Under the pieces are notes generated by a model. The model worked only from the letters and a program-made list of their open reading frames with translations. It was not told the origin of the DNA and ran no database searches. Of a stretch of 64,000 nt of DNA, positions 56,319 through 64,000 are shown one piece after another. How positions within the stretch are numbered: the first letter of the stretch is position 1; each line of letters begins with the position of its first letter. The translations under genes were made by a program, and so were the position numbers. Source of the DNA: a virus (lineage: Duplodnaviria > Caudoviricetes); the IMG/VR virus record IMGVR_UViG_3300003316_000301, positions 91,980 to 155,979 of that record. One strand, written 5' to 3'.

Positions 56319-56744
56319 TCAGCTCACCGTCCTGGAGATCGTCATCGTCTGACCGGCCATCGTCGTGAGGTTGATCAAGACCGTCACAGTGTCGAACAGC
56401 ACCGTGACGTCCACCGAGTTGACCGTACGGATGATCTCGGACGTCGTGATGGTGTGCTGCTGGTTGTTCAGGGACGCCGCTTCGAGGCGCTGCTGCTGGT
56501 TGGTGATGTACTGCTGGAGGACCCGGTTCACCTCGGCCTGGATGAGCATCGGGGTGTCGCCGGTGATGGGGGTACCGACGTACTTCAGGAGCACCGAGCC
56601 CCAGCCGGAGTGGTAGGGGTCGAGTCCGTACTCCTCGCCCAGGCACAGCGCGATGTCCTGCCGGATCTTGGCGGGTCCTTCGAGCGTTTGGAGCCCGCCG
56701 GGGCCCAGGACCAGGTCTCCGCCGGACAGGGCCAGCGTCTTCAT
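56319..56744 (-). CDS. gp25-like baseplate wedge protein
   Basis: GDL......G..KIRQD....L....G.DPYH..WGS.L; immediately upstream of J. Confidence 0.75.
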   Translation of the reverse strand: MKTLALSGGDLVLGPGGLQTLEGPAKIRQDIALCLGEEYGLDPYHSGWGSVLLKYVGTPITGDTPMLIQAEVNRVLQQYITNQQQRLEAASLNNQQHTITTSEIIRTVNSVDVTVLFDTVTVLINLTTMAGQTMTISRTVS

Positions 56745-56756
56745 CGGCCACCTCCT

Positions 56757-56793
56757 CACCCCTTCAGCGGCGAGGAGGTGGGCCGGACATCAG
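56757..56793 (-). promoter_or_regulatory. candidate late promoter CTGATGTC-N20-GAAGGGGTG
   Basis: Three-copy bipartite motif. Confidence 0.65.
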
Positions 56794-57596
56794 CTCAGCT
56801 TCGAGTACCGGAAGTGGAAGAGCACGCGGGCGACGGTGTTCGATCCGAAGTCGAAGATCTTCAGAGTCCCGTCCGTGCCGACCGCCACGTTGCCCACCAC
56901 GCCATTGCCGATCATGGTGGTGAAGTACTTCGTCACCGGCGGGGCGAAGCCCGAGTCCATGGTGAACATCAGGTCGCCGGAGGCCACGGAGCCCGGCGGG
57001 ATCGCCCGTCCCTCGATCGTGACGGTGTTGTCGTAGTTCAGCTTGTAGCGGGGCCGTGTGCCGGTCGTCCAGGGCGTCCAGCCGGTCTCCAGGACCGCGT
57101 CGTGCCAGACCTCCGGGGTGACCGTGGCGGCCGTCGTCTGGTCGTCCAGGACCCCCCTGGCGTCCAGGATCGAGATGATCTGCTGGACCGCCGGGGTGAT
57201 CTGCGCCTTGGAGCCGGTGACCGCCGGGACGGTACCGGCGGTCGTGTCGTCCTGGATGAGCCCGAGGCCCTTCAGGAGGGTCGCAAGCCGCAGGAGGTCC
57301 GGGTCCATCGTGGAGAAGTTCCCGGTGAACTTGGGGGCCTCGGTGTCGGTCACCTTCGCCGACAGGGCCCAGTGCCCCAGTGAACGGTCGATGATCCAGC
57401 GGTCCCCCACCTGGGGCCACGCGGTCTCCCCGCGCTTGTTCAGGCCCAGCTCGTAGTAGCTGGAGTTCAGGTCGACGTCCCTGGCCACGCAGATGTTCTT
57501 GTCCGGGTGAACCTCCTTGATCTCCACCAGGACGAAGGCGAAGCCGGTTCCCGAGGATCCCGTCTGCTGCCGCTTGGCCATGACCGACTGGTACAC
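56790..57596 (-). CDS. baseplate spike-like / minor tail protein
   Basis: OB-fold-like N-terminus (P.VGDRW); position between hub and gp25-like gene; start 57596 or 57581. Confidence 0.55.
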   Translation of the reverse strand: MYQSVMAKRQQTGSSGTGFAFVLVEIKEVHPDKNICVARDVDLNSSYYELGLNKRGETAWPQVGDRWIIDRSLGHWALSAKVTDTEAPKFTGNFSTMDPDLLRLATLLKGLGLIQDDTTAGTVPAVTGSKAQITPAVQQIISILDARGVLDDQTTAATVTPEVWHDAVLETGWTPWTTGTRPRYKLNYDNTVTIEGRAIPPGSVASGDLMFTMDSGFAPPVTKYFTTMIGNGVVGNVAVGTDGTLKIFDFGSNTVARVLFHFRYSKLS

Positions 57597-57597
57597 G

Positions 57598-57894
57598 TCA
57601 GACCTCGATCCACTTGCCGTCACGAACGAAACCGTGCGTGCCGCAGCAGGGCCACAGGAGGCTCGGCTCCATGTGGAGGGGCTCCCGGGACACCAGCTCG
57701 TGCTCACGGGTTCCCTGAGCCATCCAGCGGCCCTGAGAGGGGCACCAGTGCCAGAACCAGGGGTTGGGGTCGTCCGGGTCGGCCACGAACCCATCGCCCG
57801 GCCACCCATAGGAGATGTCCGGTGTGAGGTCGTACAGCTCCATCCACCAGTGGCACCACTCGGTCGGTGGCGTGGAGTGGTCTTTCGCGCCCAT
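57598..57894 (-). CDS. DUF6527-like small Cys/His protein
   Basis: HWCP...L...PSL...CC.THGFVRDGKW. Confidence 0.6.
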   Translation of the reverse strand: MGAKDHSTPPTEWCHWWMELYDLTPDISYGWPGDGFVADPDDPNPWFWHWCPSQGRWMAQGTREHELVSREPLHMEPSLLWPCCGTHGFVRDGKWIEV

Positions 57895-57896
57895 GA

Positions 57897-60449
57897 TCAC
57901 CCTCCGATCAGACCGCCTGCGCGGGGCAGGCCGATCAGGACGTCCGCCGCGTTGCCGGTGTCCGAGAGCCGGGCCGGGGCGGAGATGTTCACGCTGGTGT
58001 TGAAGTAACCGTCGTCGCCGAACTGGAAGGAGTGGGTCACCGAGTTGACGTAGCCCTGGAAGCTGAAGGCCGGGATCTGGAGCAGCATGCCGGGGTACAG
58101 CTCCGGCATGAACGTCAGGGGCACGTCGGCGTTGTACTGGTAGGCCCACTGCCGCATGAAGTAGTAGATCGAGGCGAAGAACTGGGCCGAGGGTCCCACG
58201 AGGTTCGGGAGCTGCTGGAAGTCCGGCCGGGCCCCGAAGCGCTGGTAGATCCACTTGGCGAACTCGGCGGCCGAGGTCTCCGTGGCGTCGATTTTAAAAA
58301 GCGCGTACATCAGGGCCGGGATGTCGATCGAGGCGATACCCCGGGTGTAGCTGAGGTTCTGCGCGACGACGAGGGGGTCCAGCGCAGCGTTCACGAGGGA
58401 CGATACCTGGCCAGTGGCCAGATTCAGGCCGTTCTGGCCAGCACCGCCCTGAGGAGTGGTCGCGACGAACTGATGGGTCACGAAGAAGCTGTCGTCCCAG
58501 GTGACCGAGAAGTCCCTCACCTCGATCGGCTGGACGACCATCTTGGCCGCCGTCCCCCACAGGCCGTAATAGTCCGGGAACCAGGAGATCAGGTCCCCGT
58601 TCGGGGCCGAGCAGAACGAGCGCATGGTGGCGCTGAAGAGGTTCTTCAGGTACGGCAGCAGGGGCTGATCATTCAGCAGGCTCTTGATGCCGGTCAGGGA
58701 CTGGCTGAGGATGTAGCCGGTGTCGTTCTTCTGGCTCGCGACCGGCTGCCACGCGGTGTCCCCGAAGAGCTTGTCGAAGGGGTCGTTGGCGTTGTAGCCC
58801 GGCGTGGTGGAGTACGGGTCGGTGTAGATCACCGCGTCCGAGGCACCGGCGCCCGGGGTGTCGGTGACCGCTCCTCCCCCGGCGTCGCCGTCGCCCATGC
58901 CGAGCTTGCCGTAGTCGATCCGGGGCACCAGGGCACCCGTCGTCCAGTAACTGGCCGAGGTGGCCTGGATGGACGCGAAGGTGCCCGTACGGTGCGCTCC
59001 CACGGCGTGCTTGCCGTCACCGATGCTCATCTCGACGTGGTGGGGCGGCGAGCCCTTGAAGAGCAGGGCCCCCGGAGTCTTCATCGCCGTGGCGACATCG
59101 ATCTTCCGGCAGAACGGGAGCTGGGTCGTGGTGGTGCGCGGGAAGTTGTAGAGGCCGCCGAGGGTCCGCAGCACCACCGCCTGGATGAACGACGAGCAGT
59201 CCAGTCCCGGGGGCGGGTTCTTGCTGATGACCGCGAGCTGGGTCCCGCCGTACTTCTGGGTGTACGGGATGTTCGGGTAGGTGGTGACGAGATCCTTAGC
59301 CACCTGAATGAACTGCTTGTTCGTCGCGGTGCCGGTCGCCTTGGTGGAGGGCTTGCCGGAGGTCACGATGTCCGAGGTGCCGCCGGACTTGGCCATGTCG
59401 TTGACCATGGCCGTGGCAGCGGGCTCGTGCTTGGCGTACGCGTCCGGGTAGGCCGAGCGCTGGACGGCCTGGCAGGCCTTGGCCTTCGGCATCTTGTCGT
59501 GGTTGGGCACGTTGAAGAGCACCGAGAAGAACTTCTTGGCCGCGTACGTCGGGTCCATGCACTGGGACTTCGTGCCCCAGCCCTGGGAGGGGCGCTGCTG
59601 GAAGAGGCCGACGGAGTCCCGGTCGCCGTGGTCCAGGTTGACGAGGCCGGACTCCTGCATCGCGGTCATGATCGCGATGATCTGGTCGTTCTTCGTGGCT
59701 CCTACGGAGCGACCGGCGTTGTAGATCTTGACCGCGTTGGAGAGCTGCTCCTTGGAGTTGTAGCCCCCGTAGGTGCCCTTCAGGCCCGAGGTGTCGGCCA
59801 CCTCTCCCCCGGTCGTCCCGCCAACCGATCCAGCCCCTCCGAGGGACTGGAAGAACTGCTGGGCGAGGTCGTCGGACTCCTGGGCGGTCTTGTCCACCTG
59901 CTTGGCGATCTTGTAGGCGACCTTGAACCAGTCGTCCGGGATCTTGGCGATGTGGACCTTGGACTCCGGCCAGCCGACGACCTCCTTGAGCACGGTCAGG
60001 ACCACGTTGGTCATGCCGCCGTCGTTGGTCTTGCCGGTGCCGGATGCCGCCGCCAGGGCGTTCATGATCATCTGCTGGGTGTAGGCCGACTCCGGGTCCC
60101 AGTACCAGTACTGGAGCCGCTTCAGGGAGCACGAGGCCGTCAGGTCCACACTTCGGGGCCATGCCGTCAGCAGCGGGACCTGGTTGAGGTACCCGGTGAA
60201 CACCCGCAGCCAGGTCACCCGCTTCATGAGCACGGTGATCCGGTCGTTCGGAGTGAAGACCTGGTCGTACTTGCGCCGGGGATTGAGCAGGCTGAAGGAG
60301 AAGTCGGAGACGCCGTCCACACGCCGGGTGAGCTGCCCCTTGATCAGGTCGTCCGAGACGTCCAGGGTCTGCACCTTGCGGTTGCCCAGCGGGTTGCCGC
60401 CGGTCTCGATGTAGACCTTGATCTGCGGCGCGTAGATGAAGCTGCTCAC
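57897..60449 (-). CDS. baseplate hub with lysozyme-like and NlpC/P60 peptidoglycan hydrolase domains
   Basis: AMQESGL...DRDSVGLFQQRPSQGWG; GLDCSSF...HHVEM; hub-like N- and C-termini. Confidence 0.85.
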   Translation of the reverse strand: MSSFIYAPQIKVYIETGGNPLGNRKVQTLDVSDDLIKGQLTRRVDGVSDFSFSLLNPRRKYDQVFTPNDRITVLMKRVTWLRVFTGYLNQVPLLTAWPRSVDLTASCSLKRLQYWYWDPESAYTQQMIMNALAAASGTGKTNDGGMTNVVLTVLKEVVGWPESKVHIAKIPDDWFKVAYKIAKQVDKTAQESDDLAQQFFQSLGGAGSVGGTTGGEVADTSGLKGTYGGYNSKEQLSNAVKIYNAGRSVGATKNDQIIAIMTAMQESGLVNLDHGDRDSVGLFQQRPSQGWGTKSQCMDPTYAAKKFFSVLFNVPNHDKMPKAKACQAVQRSAYPDAYAKHEPAATAMVNDMAKSGGTSDIVTSGKPSTKATGTATNKQFIQVAKDLVTTYPNIPYTQKYGGTQLAVISKNPPPGLDCSSFIQAVVLRTLGGLYNFPRTTTTQLPFCRKIDVATAMKTPGALLFKGSPPHHVEMSIGDGKHAVGAHRTGTFASIQATSASYWTTGALVPRIDYGKLGMGDGDAGGGAVTDTPGAGASDAVIYTDPYSTTPGYNANDPFDKLFGDTAWQPVASQKNDTGYILSQSLTGIKSLLNDQPLLPYLKNLFSATMRSFCSAPNGDLISWFPDYYGLWGTAAKMVVQPIEVRDFSVTWDDSFFVTHQFVATTPQGGAGQNGLNLATGQVSSLVNAALDPLVVAQNLSYTRGIASIDIPALMYALFKIDATETSAAEFAKWIYQRFGARPDFQQLPNLVGPSAQFFASIYYFMRQWAYQYNADVPLTFMPELYPGMLLQIPAFSFQGYVNSVTHSFQFGDDGYFNTSVNISAPARLSDTGNAADVLIGLPRAGGLIGG

Positions 60450-60450
60450 G

Positions 60451-61170
60451 TCAGTTCCTCACCGGCCCCAGGGGCACGTTGGTGTTCGGGCCCTGGCCCG
60501 GCTTGTACGGGATGCCGCCCCAGTCGGAGTTGACGTCGCCCGCGTCGGAGCCGCCGCTCGTGCCGTTGTTGATGATGTCCTGGATGTCCTGGATCGAGGT
60601 CACCTTGTCGAAGGAGTCGTCGTCCGGCACCTGGGAGCCGGAGAGCTGGATCCCGCTCGGGTAGAAGTACGCGAGCTGCGGGGAGGTCTCCAGGGCACCC
60701 TGCTGGAAGACGAAGTAGGACACCCAGTCATACGAGCCCGGGGTGTCGCCGAGGGACTGGTCCACGTGGGTCTCGAAGACCACCCGGGGTGTCCAGACCA
60801 TCGAGCCGACGTGGTCTCCCCACTCGATCCCGGAGATCGGCACTCCCCAGCGCGTGAACCGGCGCACCGAGCAGATGACCTTCATCGTGGGGAACTTCGA
60901 GACGCTCAGGCCCGGGTCCTGGATGCGCTTGATGTAGTCCCCGAGGAAGTTCGAGAAGGCCGCGCGCTCGGCGTATCCCTTGATGATCGGGACGACCGAG
61001 AAGGGGATCGAGGAGACCTGGTGCGGGTAGTACGCCCGCCGGGTCCGCGCCTGGGCCTCGTCGGCGACCATGCGGGACCCGTAGGCGATCTCCTGCGCCC
61101 GTACGGAGAACGCGTAGGTCTTCCCCTGGTACGAGTAGCTCAGCGTGCAGTTCAGACCGGCTCGGGGCAT
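60451..61170 (-). CDS. tail assembly protein (hypothetical)
   Basis: Position in the tail operon. Confidence 0.6.
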   Translation of the reverse strand: MPRAGLNCTLSYSYQGKTYAFSVRAQEIAYGSRMVADEAQARTRRAYYPHQVSSIPFSVVPIIKGYAERAAFSNFLGDYIKRIQDPGLSVSKFPTMKVICSVRRFTRWGVPISGIEWGDHVGSMVWTPRVVFETHVDQSLGDTPGSYDWVSYFVFQQGALETSPQLAYFYPSGIQLSGSQVPDDDSFDKVTSIQDIQDIINNGTSGGSDAGDVNSDWGGIPYKPGQGPNTNVPLGPVRN

Positions 61171-61171
61171 C

Positions 61172-61390
61172 TCAGAGCCCCTCGTCGTAGCGGACGACCG
61201 GGTCCTCCGGGCGGTCCGGGGCGAAGGTGGGCACCGCGATCCGGGCGTGGTCGGCCACGGACAGGTCGAAGAACAGGCCCGTGGTGGTGAAGGCGAAGCC
61301 GTCCATCGGGACGATGGCCGGGTTGTCCTCGGTGAGGGGCTGCGGGAGGGAGATCGGGACGTCCGCTCCCCAGTGCACCGGCTCGCTCAT
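61172..61390 (-). CDS. small hypothetical tail-region protein
   Basis: Coupled start/stop. Confidence 0.6.
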   Translation of the reverse strand: MSEPVHWGADVPISLPQPLTEDNPAIVPMDGFAFTTTGLFFDLSVADHARIAVPTFAPDRPEDPVVRYDEGL

Positions 61391-62124
61391 GGTGCCGTCC
61401 CTTCAGTGCCGTTGTCGGTGCGGTCCAGGGTCTCGTTCGGGATCGCGTCCTCGTGGTCCTTGCGGAACTCCTTCTCCCACTGGGCGCTGGGGGTGGAACC
61501 GCCGTTGTAGGCGGTGAATTTCCAGCCGATGCCCTGCGAGATCCGGGAGATGTAGGCGTCGACAGCTTTTGCCTTCGCCTGGTCCAGCACGCCGTTGGAG
61601 GATCCCGCCTTGGTGAGACCCGTGGTGCCCTCCTGGACCGGGAAGAGCACCAGGACGTACTGGTAGTTCGATCTTGCCACGCGATGGACTACACCGGCAG
61701 ATCCGTCTCCCGCCGGATCGATGATCGCCTTGATGTAGCACTGGAAGCGCAGGCCCTTCGGGGAGTACACGAAGGTCGCGGGCTTCAGGAAGAAGTTCCC
61801 CTTCCCGGAGGACGAGCCGGGCACGTTCGAGCCCGCGCTCTGGAGCATCTGGAAGGCCTGGACGCGCTGGAAGAAGTCCACGGCCATCTTCCAGGACACA
61901 CCGTCGTGCTCGGCCCCGTTCCTGCCCTTGCCGAACCGGTGGGACTCGCCGATGGAGCCCCGGATCGTCACGTCCGAGATCGAGGACCCCAGGACCTGGA
62001 TCACACGGCCCCCGACCGTGTTGATCACCGAGGTGTGCACCTTGACGTTGTAGTCGATGGCCTCTGGATCGATCCGGAACGTCAGGCCGGGACCGTCTGC
62101 GAAGCCGAGGGTAGCCAGTCCCAT
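61387..62124 (-). CDS. tail tube initiator-like protein (hypothetical)
   Basis: F.IDP....Y.......NT.GG pattern; follows the tape measure gene. Confidence 0.55.
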   Translation of the reverse strand: MGLATLGFADGPGLTFRIDPEAIDYNVKVHTSVINTVGGRVIQVLGSSISDVTIRGSIGESHRFGKGRNGAEHDGVSWKMAVDFFQRVQAFQMLQSAGSNVPGSSSGKGNFFLKPATFVYSPKGLRFQCYIKAIIDPAGDGSAGVVHRVARSNYQYVLVLFPVQEGTTGLTKAGSSNGVLDQAKAKAVDAYISRISQGIGWKFTAYNGGSTPSAQWEKEFRKDHEDAIPNETLDRTDNGTEGTAP

Positions 62125-62128
62125 GCCG

Positions 62129-64000
62129 TCACCTGTTCGCGTTCCAGTTGTAGTAGTTCAGGGGCGGGGCGCCCTCTCCGTTCGCCCCTGCGATGCCGGT
62201 TGCCGAGGAGACCTTGAAAAGCTGCTTGGCCGCGTCGGAGAGGTCGATGACGACCTTGCCGTTCGCCCCCGTTCCGGTGCCCTTGGCCGTGTCGCTGGGG
62301 TGGTCCTTCAGCCAGCTCTTGAGGGACTCCCCGGACTTGTCCTTGGACTTGGAGGCCTCGCTGGTCCAGTTCGCGCCGGTGTTGACCGCTCCGGCGCCCA
62401 GGACGTCCGCGACCGTCTTGCCCTTCTTGTCGCCGGAGACGATCTTCGCAGAGCCGGAGGACAGCTCGTTGGGGTGGTTCTTGATCGCGTCTTCGAGGGA
62501 GACCACCCGCTCGCCCTGGGAGGTGTGGATGATGACCTTGGTGTCGCCGTTGTTCACCGAGGAGAGCAGGTTCTCCAGGACCGGGTTGCGCATCCCGCTC
62601 CTCTTGACCTGGTCCTTGTAGGTCTTCATGGCGTCGGAGTCGCCCTTGTCGGTGCCGACGTCGTCCACGATTCCGGCGGTGACCGTCTCCAGGATCGAGC
62701 CGCCGATCTTGGCCCCTATCGAGGAGCCTCCGTCGTGCTTGGTGGAGAAGTCCTTGATGAATCCGGAACGGTCGCCCTGCTTGGCCGCCTCCTTGGCCGA
62801 CAGGGGCTTGTTCTGCTTCGAGGTGTTCTGGGCGTTGGCCAGGTCCCCGTTGTTGCCCGCCATGAGGCTGAAGGCGTACGCCAGGGCCTTCTGGGGGTCG
62901 TCGGTCTGGATGATCCCGAAGGCCGCGAGCTGGCTCTGGATGACGGAGATGTTGTGGTTCGGGAAGGCCGTGAGGAACTCCGGCACGATGGACAGGGCCG
63001 CGTCGGAGTCGAGCGTCCCTCCCAGTGCCTGGGCCTTCTGCCGGACCCAGTTGACCTCGTCCTGGGTGAAGATCTGCGAGAGCACCGAGAGGTTCTGACC
63101 TGCTCGGGCCTGGGCCGCCGCGAGCGGGTTGGTGGTCTGCATCGCGGTGTACTGGTTGTAGGTCATCCCCATCTGCGAGGACGCCATGTAGGTGTACTGC
63201 TGGGACATCTGGCCGGACAGGTCGACATCCTGAAACGAGCGGCCCAGGGAGGTCTTGCCCATCTGGATGTTGGCGGCCGTGTTCACCGAACCGGCGCCGT
63301 AGCCCGCCTGGACTCCCTCGGTCACCAGGCCCATGAGCTGCTTGCGGGCCATCTGGGCGTTGACGCCCGCCTTCCCGGCGGTGTCCGAGACGTCCTTCAG
63401 AGCGCCCTGGAGCGTCTTCAGGCTCAGGGTGGAGTTCTTGGACACGACCTCCAGCTCCTGGAGGCTCTCGGCCACCGAGGCACCGTAGGAGGTCTTGCCG
63501 TGGTAGATGAAGTTCAGGGCGTCCTGGCGTCCTCCCTGGCGGGAGAACCGGTCGTCCACGATGCCGTTGTACCCGAGCCGGGTGACACCCTTGAAGGCCT
63601 GGCGGGCCTCCTGGTCGGAGAACATGGCGGAAGTGGAGGCGACGTACGCCTCCTCGTGGAAGCGCTCCGCGAAGCCGCCGAAGTTCGAGCCGCCGTTGAC
63701 GTTCTGGTAGTACTCGTTCTTGTTCCGCTGGCTCTTGACCTCGCCGAAGGCCTTGTCGATCAGGCCGACACCGGGAACGTTCTTGCGGATCCATCCGCCG
63801 ATACCGGAGTTCATGCCCCACAGGTGGCCCCCGCCGCCTCCGGCCGCGTGGTTCGCCCCGTGGTTCAGGCCTCCGCCGCCTCCACCGCCACCGGCAGCTC
63901 CGTAGGGGCCGTACGGGCCGTAGGGACCGTGCGGGGAGTTCGGGCCGCCGAAGTACAGCGGGTTCGGGGGCATACCGGCGGGACCCATGCCGTACGGGCC
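62129..64000 (-). CDS. tape measure protein, C-terminal part (5' truncated)
   Basis: Long Ala/Gly/Gln-rich helical ORF upstream of the baseplate genes; open to the window edge. Confidence 0.65.
   Translation of the reverse strand, partial: GPYGMGPAGMPPNPLYFGGPNSPHGPYGPYGPYGAAGGGGGGGGLNHGANHAAGGGGGHLWGMNSGIGGWIRKNVPGVGLIDKAFGEVKSQRNKNEYYQNVNGGSNFGGFAERFHEEAYVASTSAMFSDQEARQAFKGVTRLGYNGIVDDRFSRQGGRQDALNFIYHGKTSYGASVAESLQELEVVSKNSTLSLKTLQGALKDVSDTAGKAGVNAQMARKQLMGLVTEGVQAGYGAGSVNTAANIQMGKTSLGRSFQDVDLSGQMSQQYTYMASSQMGMTYNQYTAMQTTNPLAAAQARAGQNLSVLSQIFTQDEVNWVRQKAQALGGTLDSDAALSIVPEFLTAFPNHNISVIQSQLAAFGIIQTDDPQKALAYAFSLMAGNNGDLANAQNTSKQNKPLSAKEAAKQGDRSGFIKDFSTKHDGGSSIGAKIGGSILETVTAGIVDDVGTDKGDSDAMKTYKDQVKRSGMRNPVLENLLSSVNNGDTKVIIHTSQGERVVSLEDAIKNHPNELSSGSAKIVSGDKKGKTVADVLGAGAVNTGANWTSEASKSKDKSGESLKSWLKDHPSDTAKGTGTGANGKVVIDLSDAAKQLFKVSSATGIAGANGEGAPPLNYYNWNANR

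Noticed and set aside
4044-60533. Very long + strand ORFs (e.g. 6926-11176, 11347-13860, 22113-25943, 48552-51530, 58032-60533)
   Set aside because: Antisense shadows of GC3-biased - strand genes: L/V/G/A/H/Q-rich, no motifs, no RBS.
63820-64000. Short tandem repeats (PYG/GGG coding)
   Set aside because: Low-complexity protein linker in the tape measure gene, not a CRISPR array or iteron.
43419-64000. Extracellular contractile injection system rather than phage tail
   Set aside because: Linked to terminase and a complete phage replication module, so a myovirus-type tail is the simpler reading.

Overview
High-GC, densely coded segment of a large actinobacterial (Streptomyces-like codon usage) contractile-tailed phage or phage-plasmid. 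Almost all genes are on the - strand. Reading right to left in transcription order: (i) tail/baseplate module (partial tape measure, hub with lysozyme-like and NlpC/P60 domains, gp25-like wedge, baseplate J, three paralogous tail fibres; 43.4-64 kb); (ii) SNF2 helicase; (iii) an island at 38.4-41.2 kb holding a + strand Rep-like double wHTH gene with an internal cruciform, a + strand antirepressor, and a promoter-driven, ORF-free, highly structured ~700-780 nt - strand RNA candidate with a tRNA-like module; (iv) a full replication/recombination module (DinG, 5'-3' exonuclease, DnaC-like loader, DnaB, primase, J-like protein, SSB, DnaE, RecA, Hjc-like, Cas4-like, RuvC-like, sigma-4 protein); (v) terminase large subunit followed by a ~1420 aa polyvalent protein (ART-like x2, ParB-N, Nudix, zincin, nucleotidyltransferase, 2H phosphoesterase); (vi) small accessory genes including TerD. 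The gene content recalls Bxz1/Cluster C-type actinophage myoviruses (inference). Reading the DNA directly also gave a family of sigma70-type promoters with embedded palindromes, a bipartite late-promoter-like motif (CTGMTGTC-N20-GAAGGGGTG) shared by virion genes and the polyvalent protein, and eight AT-rich palindromes (GWTTTTAAAAWC) that are densest near the putative replicon. All family calls come from motif recognition by eye; no searches were run.
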